DNA of 13,775 nt, from the NCBI GenBank assembly GCA_036170655.1, contig JAVHPP010000073.1, positions 1 through 13,775 of the forward strand, written 5' to 3'. Position 1 is the stretch's first letter, and each line of letters begins with the position of its first letter. Positions 7,742 through 13,775 of the stretch are shown here, one piece after another. A program made the translations under genes and the position numbers. The DNA comes from Candidatus Zixiibacteriota bacterium (GTDB lineage: Bacteria > Zixibacteria > MSB-5A5 > WJJR01). A model generated the notes under the pieces. It saw nothing but the letters and a program-made list of their open reading frames with translations. It ran no database searches and was not told the DNA's origin.

Positions 7742-8776
7742 ATGCTGAATGTCTCGGTCGTCGTGCCGGTGCGCAATGCGGCACGGACGCTGCCACAATG
7801 TCTGGTGGCTTTGGCGAAACTGGATCCTGCGCCTTATGAGATTGTCCTTGTGGATAACGGCTCGACTGATGAGAGTCTTTCTCTGATTCAGAGGTTTGCC
7901 CTTGACCGTCGCTCGAAGATAGTACAGATTCTTGTCGAACAGCGGCGGGGAGCCGCGACAGCGCGAAACACCGGAGTCCGTGCCGCCAAGGGGGATGTGA
8001 TTGCTTTCACCGATGCAGATTGTGCGCCGGACCCTTCCTGGTTGAGAGCACTCCTAACGCCTTTTGATGATCCTGCGGTTCTTGCGGTTGCCGGGCAGGT
8101 CCAGGCGGCTGCTGCTTCGACCACCTTGGAATTGTTCAGCGTCCTGTACACCCTTCAATCCACGCAGAAATATGCGCGTTATCACCAATGGACTCCATGG
8201 GAGGGAGGTTTTCCAACCGCGAACTTCGCTGTTCGGTGTGATTCCTTCAAAACGCTTGGTGGGTTTGATGAGGAAGTGGAGATCTATGGGGAGGATTACG
8301 ACCTGTGCGCCCGCCTCTATGAACACAATGCCGTAATTGTGTACACACCGGACGCCCGGGTTCGTCATCATCATCGGACGACGCTACGAGGCTTGCTCCG
8401 GCAGGCTTTTGGATTTGGCCGGAGCCATCCGTATCTGCTCAGGCGCCACGCCTGCTCCGGTCTCTGGCTCGACCTCCCTGGCCGCGCGCTCTCAATGAGC
8501 AGATTTCCGATACCGGCATGGATCGATCTGGCGTCGGCTGACAAAAAAGTTATGGCGATCCTCATCGTGAGCGCCGCGTATGGCCCCGCAATCCTCCTGC
8601 TCCCGCTCTATCTGTTTTGGTTGGCGATCCTCACTGGCCAGCACGCCAAGAGTACTGGAACTCCTGTATGTTTTTCGAAGGCAATTGGGCTTGCCGGGTT
8701 ATTGCTGTTGAAATCTGCGACCATGACCTGTGGCAGGTGGTGGGGTTCACTCAAATATCGGGCTTGTTGTTTTTGA
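7742..8776 (+). CDS. Glycosyltransferase family 2 with C-terminal membrane segments
   Basis: 'VSVVVPVRN', 'VDNGSTD', 'ARNTG...IAFTDADC' (DXD), 'GGFDE...GEDYDL', 'VRHHHR', and hydrophobic C-terminal helices. It starts 3 nt after the upstream stop. Confidence 0.92.
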   Translation: MLNVSVVVPVRNAARTLPQCLVALAKLDPAPYEIVLVDNGSTDESLSLIQRFALDRRSKIVQILVEQRRGAATARNTGVRAAKGDVIAFTDADCAPDPSWLRALLTPFDDPAVLAVAGQVQAAAASTTLELFSVLYTLQSTQKYARYHQWTPWEGGFPTANFAVRCDSFKTLGGFDEEVEIYGEDYDLCARLYEHNAVIVYTPDARVRHHHRTTLRGLLRQAFGFGRSHPYLLRRHACSGLWLDLPGRALSMSRFPIPAWIDLASADKKVMAILIVSAAYGPAILLLPLYLFWLAILTGQHAKSTGTPVCFSKAIGLAGLLLLKSATMTCGRWWGSLKYRACCF

Positions 8777-8800
8777 GAACGCCAAAGGAAGCCTACGAGC

Positions 8801-9634
8801 ATGAAGCATGACTTGTTTCGTCTGTCCATGAGGTTGTACAAGGCCTTCTTTGCGAAAAAGATATTTTACAGACTGAACAAGTTTTTATTCAATCTGAGTT
8901 TAAGGGGTATTGGGGTATCCTTCGATGGGGATACCGGTTTTGTGGCCACCGGTGAAGACAATTTCTTGCGAAAGGTTTCTGCCTTCTGGGGCACGAGTCC
9001 CGTCGTATTTGATATAGGAGCGCATATTGGAGAGTATTCCAATATGGTTATGAAATATTCTCCGCACGCACTGCTTTATGCATTCGAGCCGTCTCCTCGG
9101 ACGTACACGCATTTGGAGAAGCAGGCCTCAAAGCACGGCTATCGGGCGATTAACGCTGGATGTGACGATCAAACGCGTGTGGCAACCCTTTATGATGTTG
9201 AGAGTGCTGACGAGCAGGGCAGTCTTGTTGCATCCATTTATCCCGAAGCCATCACCGTTTTTTGGCAGAGCAAGCCCGTTGCTTTGACTGCGAGTATGAT
9301 CAAATTGGATGACTTCATCCGCGAACAACGAATCACATCGATACAATTGCTGAAAATCGACACGGAAGGCCATGAACTCAAGGTCTTGGACGGATTAGAG
9401 GCGTCAATTAGGGAGAATATGATTGACGTTATTCAATTTGAGTTCACCGTACTGAACGTGTTTAGCAGGTCCTTTTGCAGAGACTTTTTTGTTCGTCTGC
9501 CTCAATACGATTTCTATCGTATGCTGCCGTACGATCTGGCGCCAATGGGACATTACAGTCCGATATTTTGTGAGATCTTTGGTTATCAAAATATCGTTGC
9601 GATACGCAAAGAGTGCGGAGTACGTATCAGCTAG
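8801..9634 (+). CDS. FkbM-family SAM-dependent methyltransferase
   Basis: 'VVFDIGAHIGEYS', 'YAFEPSP', 'IKLDDF', 'IQLLKIDTEGHELKVLDG' and 'IQFEF' are the FkbM (Methyltransf_21) signatures. Confidence 0.93.
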   Translation: MKHDLFRLSMRLYKAFFAKKIFYRLNKFLFNLSLRGIGVSFDGDTGFVATGEDNFLRKVSAFWGTSPVVFDIGAHIGEYSNMVMKYSPHALLYAFEPSPRTYTHLEKQASKHGYRAINAGCDDQTRVATLYDVESADEQGSLVASIYPEAITVFWQSKPVALTASMIKLDDFIREQRITSIQLLKIDTEGHELKVLDGLEASIRENMIDVIQFEFTVLNVFSRSFCRDFFVRLPQYDFYRMLPYDLAPMGHYSPIFCEIFGYQNIVAIRKECGVRIS

Positions 9635-9650
9635 GGTCTTCGTGGAACAC

Positions 9651-10625
9651 GTGAACCAGCCGACCAATGTTTCCGTTATTATCTGCACGAAGGATCGGCC
9701 GGCTGATCTCACGCGCGCGCTTGCGGCTATTCGGGAATCCGGTGACGTCGGCAAAAGGGCCGAGATCGTGGTCGTAGAGGAAGCCGACGCCCCCCGCGAA
9801 CTGTCAGGTGTCCGCTACGTCCATTTGTCCCGGCAGGGACGAGGCTTCGGCTATGCGCGCAACGTGGGCATTCGGGAAGCGCATGGCGAGGTGCTTCTGT
9901 TTATTGATGATGACTGTGAAGCGGAGCAGGGGTGGGGGGAGGCCCTCATCGCGCCTTTCCATGAAAGCCCGCAGATCCTCGGTGTCGCGGGGGCGGTCCT
10001 GGTCAAAGACTGCGGCGTGATCGGCTATGCGGAGAATATCCTCGGATTCCCTGGCGGTGGCCTGCGCTATCGGCATGAGGCGCAGGGACAGATCGTCCCG
10101 ACGCGGTATCTGTCCACGTGCAATTGTGCCTACAGGCGGAAAGCCGTGTGCGACGCGGGCGGGTTCCCTGAAAATGCCCGCTTGGGCGGCGAGGATTTTC
10201 TTCTCGCCGAGAAGGTCAGCGACATAGGGCCATGCCTGTATACGCCTGCGGCGGTCGTTTATCATCGGCCCCGCGGTCGACTGGGCGCGATCTTTCGGTG
10301 GTTTGCCCGCCGGGGCCAAAGCGAGATCGCGCTGCTTCAGAGCGCGGTGGATCAGAAGAGATTCGCCTGGTTCCTCCTGCGCAGTTCGTGGACGCTCCGC
10401 GTCCTGGCGCTCCTGGTGGCGCTGGCCTTATGGCCGGGCCTTGTCGTGCTGCTTCCTGCCGGCGTGATGGTCTATTATGGAGCGATCCTCTGGCGGTTCC
10501 GGTTTGCACTGCACTATCCTTCCCATTGGAAAGCGTGGTGGTTGGTGCCGCTGGTCAAATTCACGATGGATATGGGCGCCGAAGCCGGCCGCTGGAAAGC
10601 GCTTCTTGGCAGAATGTCCGCGTGA
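9651..10625 (+). CDS. Glycosyltransferase family 2 with C-terminal membrane segments
   Basis: 'VSVIICTKDR', 'ARNVG...LLFIDDDC' (DXD), 'TCNCAYRR', 'GGF...GGEDF', and a hydrophobic C-terminus. The likely start is GTG 9651 or 9642, just after the FkbM stop at 9634, rather than 9489. Confidence 0.9.
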   Translation: MNQPTNVSVIICTKDRPADLTRALAAIRESGDVGKRAEIVVVEEADAPRELSGVRYVHLSRQGRGFGYARNVGIREAHGEVLLFIDDDCEAEQGWGEALIAPFHESPQILGVAGAVLVKDCGVIGYAENILGFPGGGLRYRHEAQGQIVPTRYLSTCNCAYRRKAVCDAGGFPENARLGGEDFLLAEKVSDIGPCLYTPAAVVYHRPRGRLGAIFRWFARRGQSEIALLQSAVDQKRFAWFLLRSSWTLRVLALLVALALWPGLVVLLPAGVMVYYGAILWRFRFALHYPSHWKAWWLVPLVKFTMDMGAEAGRWKALLGRMSA

Positions 10626-11737
10626 GCACTCCCCGAACCATTCTGGTTGTGTCGAATCACGGTGAGATCGTGGGCGGCGGCGAAGTGAGTCTGCTGGCGC
10701 TCCTCGGCGGGCTGAACCAGGCGCAGTGGGTGCCCGTTGTCGTGGTGCCCAATGAAGGGGATGTCGCCGCGCATTGCCAGTCCTTGGGAATCAGGGCGCA
10801 GGTGATTCCCCTCCCGACGCTCCGCCGACCCGGATTTGCGCAGGTCAGAAGCGCCATCTCGCTGTGGCGTCTGAGCCGCGAGACCAATGCCTGCCTCTTT
10901 CATGCCAACGGCTCGCGCGCGATGTTTTATTCCGGAGTGGCCGGCTGGCTGGGGGGGAAACCTGTAATCTGGCACGTTCGCATCATGGATCGGGACGGCG
11001 TGTTTGATCGGTTTCTTGCCTGGCTTGCCGCGCTCGTCATTGTCAACTCGCAGGCTGTTGCGCGCCGGTTTGATCGGGTTGCGGCGGGGAAAGTCCGCTG
11101 CATCCACAACGGCGTGGATTTAAAGCGATTTGCGCCAAAAGCCGCAAGGCCCGAGGTTCGGCTGGCTCTCGGCATTCCGGAGTCTGTGCCGGTGGTGGTC
11201 AGCGTGGGCCGATTTGTTCCCTTTAAGGGCTACGCCCAACTCCTGGATGCGGCACGGCTTGTGTGCGATGCGAAGCCCGCTGTCCATTGGGTAATGGTTG
11301 GAGAAGGCGAATTGAAAGACACCCTGATCGCGCGTGCGCAGACGCTGGGAATTGAGAAGCAGGTGCATTTCACCGGATGGAGGGAGGATACGCCCGATCT
11401 GCTGGCCTTGGGCGATGTCTTCGTGCTGCCTTCTCTGGGCGAGCATTTCGGCCGGGTGCTGGTTGAGGCGATGGGCATGGCCAAAGCGATTGTGGCAACC
11501 GACGCGGGGGGGGTCCCCGAGATTGTCGTTCACGGCGAAACGGGCCTGTTGGTTCCGCCCGGTCAGCCCGGACAGCTCGCCGACGCATTGCTGGAGTTGC
11601 TGACTGATCCGGCCAAGGCCGTTCAGCTCGGGCTGGCCGGGCGGAGGCGTGCCGAAGCGCACTTCAGCCTGCAGCGCCATGTCCAGGCAGTTGAAGACGT
11701 TTACGGGGTACTTAGTCGATCGGGAGGGAGTAAATGA
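10622..11737 (+). CDS. Glycosyltransferase family 4 (GT-B fold)
   Basis: GTG 10622 overlaps the upstream TGA (GTGA). Motifs 'ILVVS...GGGE', 'IWHVR', 'IVNSQAV', 'IHNGVD', 'VGRFVPFKG' and 'VLPSLGEHFGRVLVEAM...ATDAGGVPEIV..GETG' (EX7E). Confidence 0.93.
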   Translation: MSTPRTILVVSNHGEIVGGGEVSLLALLGGLNQAQWVPVVVVPNEGDVAAHCQSLGIRAQVIPLPTLRRPGFAQVRSAISLWRLSRETNACLFHANGSRAMFYSGVAGWLGGKPVIWHVRIMDRDGVFDRFLAWLAALVIVNSQAVARRFDRVAAGKVRCIHNGVDLKRFAPKAARPEVRLALGIPESVPVVVSVGRFVPFKGYAQLLDAARLVCDAKPAVHWVMVGEGELKDTLIARAQTLGIEKQVHFTGWREDTPDLLALGDVFVLPSLGEHFGRVLVEAMGMAKAIVATDAGGVPEIVVHGETGLLVPPGQPGQLADALLELLTDPAKAVQLGLAGRRRAEAHFSLQRHVQAVEDVYGVLSRSGGSK

Positions 11738-13449
11738 TAAACCATCCTGCCGTGGCGCTTTGGAGCAGGCGATGGTTGCTTCTGGTACTACTGCTGGCCT
11801 TGCTGATCCGTCTGTGGAACATCGATTATCCCGCCTGGGAGTATACCGATGAGCAGGGCGTTGTGGACCGGGCGCTCCTTATTGGTCGCCAGGGACTGAA
11901 CCCCGGCTGGTTCCACTATCCAAGCCTGTTTTTGTATTTTCTTTTCGGTCTCGATGGGTTGTTTTACGCCCTGGGGAACCTGCTTGGCCTTTTTTCCTCA
12001 CCGGAAGAGTTTGCGGCCTTCTATTTCTCCAACCCACTTGCCTTGCATCTCGTGGGGCGTGGGCTCGCGCTGGTCTGTGGCATGGTGTGTCTGACTCTGA
12101 CGTATCAGTTGGGTCGCGAAGGATGGGGAGCAGGGGTGGGACTCGCAGCCGTTGCGCTACTGGCGGTATCACCCGTGTATAGCTTTTCGTCACGCATTGC
12201 GAAGCCGGATGTTCTGATGGCGTTATTTTCCTTGCTTGCAGCCTTGGCGATTATTCGCTACCTGCGCACAGAGAGAGGTCTCTGGCTCTGGATAGCCGGG
12301 ATCTCGGTTGGGCTGGCGGCGTCAACGAAATACCTGTCCGCTCTCGCGGTTATCTGGCTCGTCGCTGCGCCCTGGGTCCGAAAGGGCTGGCGAGGGGCTG
12401 TTCAGCAGGGTGGGGTGGCGTTATGTGTGGCTGTGGCGGCATTTTTGGTGGGGACTCCTTTTGCGGTGCTGGATTGGCCCACCTTCAGCAGTTCTTTTCA
12501 GAAAGTTGCAGGTCTCATGCACACGACGTGGTATGGAGCGGAGGAGCGGATCGGGTATCGGTATTACTTGCTTGAAAGCCTTCCGTTGGGTCTCGGGTGG
12601 CCTGCCACGCTGGCGGGACTTGTGGGTCTGGGTAGGTGGCTGACCGCCGGCGGGCCGCAAGAGCGGTTGATGGCAGGCTTTGTCGCCGTGTACTACGCCT
12701 GGATTGGCTACGCGACTATTGTGGGCGATTTCTTCATCCTTCCCATCTACCCCCTATGGGTGCTTGCCGGGGCTGATTTGTTAAAGGATGTCATCACGCG
12801 GCTTCGGGAAATTCGGCCTGCCCTGGTTCCCTGGTTTGTTGGAGGTCTGGCCGCTATCGTCTTGCTGCAGCCTGCCATGACGACCATGAAGGAAGCCGTA
12901 GTAATCGGCGCAAGGGATACCCGCGAACTGGCTGGCGCGTGGATTCAAAACCACATTTCGGCCGGTACGCGAATCCTCTCGGAACCCTACGGACCGTTCG
13001 TGCCTGTGGCGGAGGGGCGGCTCGAAGAGATCCTAGCTGTAGAGTCGCGGCGCAATCCTGGACATGGAATGCGCCTTCGCGATGAGCGCGAACGGGCAAG
13101 GCAGCGGCAAGGATTCTGGTACTATGAAATGGAACTGCTCAGTGATCCGAGTCTGGGGCGGCCGGCCCTTGCGGACTACGAATTGGATCGTTTTCTGGCC
13201 CAGGGATACCGCGTAATCGTGCTGAGCAGCGGGGTGTATGACCGGTACCGACGCTTGCCTGAGCGGCATCCTGTTCAAAACGCGTTTTTTGAACGGGTGA
13301 CGCGGAGCGGAACATTGCTTGCTCGGGTTGATCCGTTCACATCATGGTGCTGTCCGCAATCTTTGAACGAGCGCATCTCCGAAGCGGCCGCCAAGAGAGT
13401 CGGGCGGCCCGGGCCGACCTTGCTGATCTACCGGCTTCCAGAAAGTTGA
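11734..13449 (+). CDS. GT-C fold integral membrane glycosyltransferase (ArnT/PMT_2-like; lipid-phosphate-sugar dependent)
   Basis: SD GGAGGGAG at about 11723-11730 and an ATGA overlap with the upstream stop. TM1 ending 'LIRL' is followed by the 'DE' motif (YTDEQ), 'NPGWFHYPSL', 'KPD', 'GLAASTKY' and 'GTPF'. It has many TM helices, then 'TRELAGAWI..HI..G..I' and a soluble C-terminal domain. Confidence 0.85.
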   Translation: MINHPAVALWSRRWLLLVLLLALLIRLWNIDYPAWEYTDEQGVVDRALLIGRQGLNPGWFHYPSLFLYFLFGLDGLFYALGNLLGLFSSPEEFAAFYFSNPLALHLVGRGLALVCGMVCLTLTYQLGREGWGAGVGLAAVALLAVSPVYSFSSRIAKPDVLMALFSLLAALAIIRYLRTERGLWLWIAGISVGLAASTKYLSALAVIWLVAAPWVRKGWRGAVQQGGVALCVAVAAFLVGTPFAVLDWPTFSSSFQKVAGLMHTTWYGAEERIGYRYYLLESLPLGLGWPATLAGLVGLGRWLTAGGPQERLMAGFVAVYYAWIGYATIVGDFFILPIYPLWVLAGADLLKDVITRLREIRPALVPWFVGGLAAIVLLQPAMTTMKEAVVIGARDTRELAGAWIQNHISAGTRILSEPYGPFVPVAEGRLEEILAVESRRNPGHGMRLRDERERARQRQGFWYYEMELLSDPSLGRPALADYELDRFLAQGYRVIVLSSGVYDRYRRLPERHPVQNAFFERVTRSGTLLARVDPFTSWCCPQSLNERISEAAAKRVGRPGPTLLIYRLPES

Positions 13450-13513
13450 TATGCGTGGGGGACTCGTCTGGATACTGAACGAAGAGATGGTATTCTTCCT
13501 GTAGAGGGACCAG

Positions 13514-13775
13514 TTGATTATAGGCGTTGACATTCGGGAATGGCAGCCCGGGCATCACACGGGGATCGGCCGCTTCCTTGAAGAGTTCATACGCGCAGCC
13601 ACCATTGCGCGACCTCTCAACCGGTTCATTCTGATAGGGGATGAGACCTGCGAGATTTTGGTGCAGGCGGGGAACGTGGAAGTTGTTCGCATTCCGGGAC
13701 GTTGGACTCTGTGGTGGGATCAGGTTGCTCTTCCGAGGGCGATTGCGCGTGCCAACGTCAGCGTGTTCTATTCCC
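13514..13775 (+). CDS. Glycosyltransferase family 4 (MtfB-like N-terminal domain), 3'-partial; absent from the ORF track
   Basis: My translation from TTG 13514, with SD GAGGG at 13504-13508: MIIGVDIREWQPGHHTGIGRFLEEFIRAA...NRFILI...LWWDQVALPRAIARANVSVFYS, open to the window end. The 'IGVD.R......TGIGR' and 'W.Q..LP......DVF.SP'-like patterns typify this GT4 subgroup. Confidence 0.85.
   Translation, partial: MIIGVDIREWQPGHHTGIGRFLEEFIRAATIARPLNRFILIGDETCEILVQAGNVEVVRIPGRWTLWWDQVALPRAIARANVSVFYS

Noticed and set aside
7742..8776. Resemblance to mycofactocin glycosyltransferase MftF, suggesting a RiPP system
   Set aside because: No precursor peptide, radical SAM or other mft genes are present. 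The similarity is generic to GT2.
9489..9641. N-terminal extension of the 378-aa GT2 ORF
   Set aside because: It overlaps the FkbM C-terminus by 146 bp, and GT2 similarity starts only after 9651.
10232..10621. 130-aa N-terminal extension of the 501-aa ORF
   Set aside because: It overlaps the GT2 gene in another frame and is low-complexity. GTG 10622 (GTGA overlap) gives a normal GT4 N-terminus.
1..13775. CRISPR arrays, IS elements, tRNA/rRNA, defence genes, taxonomic assignment
   Set aside because: I saw no periodic repeats, terminal inverted repeats, transposase or RNA-gene signatures, and no marker gene allows a supported taxonomic call.

Overview
The window lies inside a single co-oriented (+ strand) bacterial cell-surface glycan biosynthesis cluster and is truncated at both ends. 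Gene order: 5'-partial O-antigen ligase/polymerase-type membrane protein; ~410-bp spacer (hairpins, doubtful small ORF); Wzx-type flippase; GT4; atypical SGNH-fold protein; class I SAM methyltransferase; GT4; WaaE/KdtX-like GT2; GT2; FkbM-family methyltransferase; GT2; GT4; GT-C fold (ArnT/PMT-like) membrane glycosyltransferase; and a 3'-partial GT4 missed by the ORF track. From the flippase onward genes are separated by 0-65 bp or overlap by 4 bp, consistent with one operon. I saw no RNA genes, mobile elements or CRISPR. Most gene families are familiar. The points worth pursuing are the glycan-tailoring set (SGNH protein plus two unrelated methyltransferases, two of the three in AT-richer genes), the GT-C enzyme beside a Wzx/Wzy-type pathway, and poly-G tracts in one GT4. 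All family calls come from motif recognition by eye, with no database searches.
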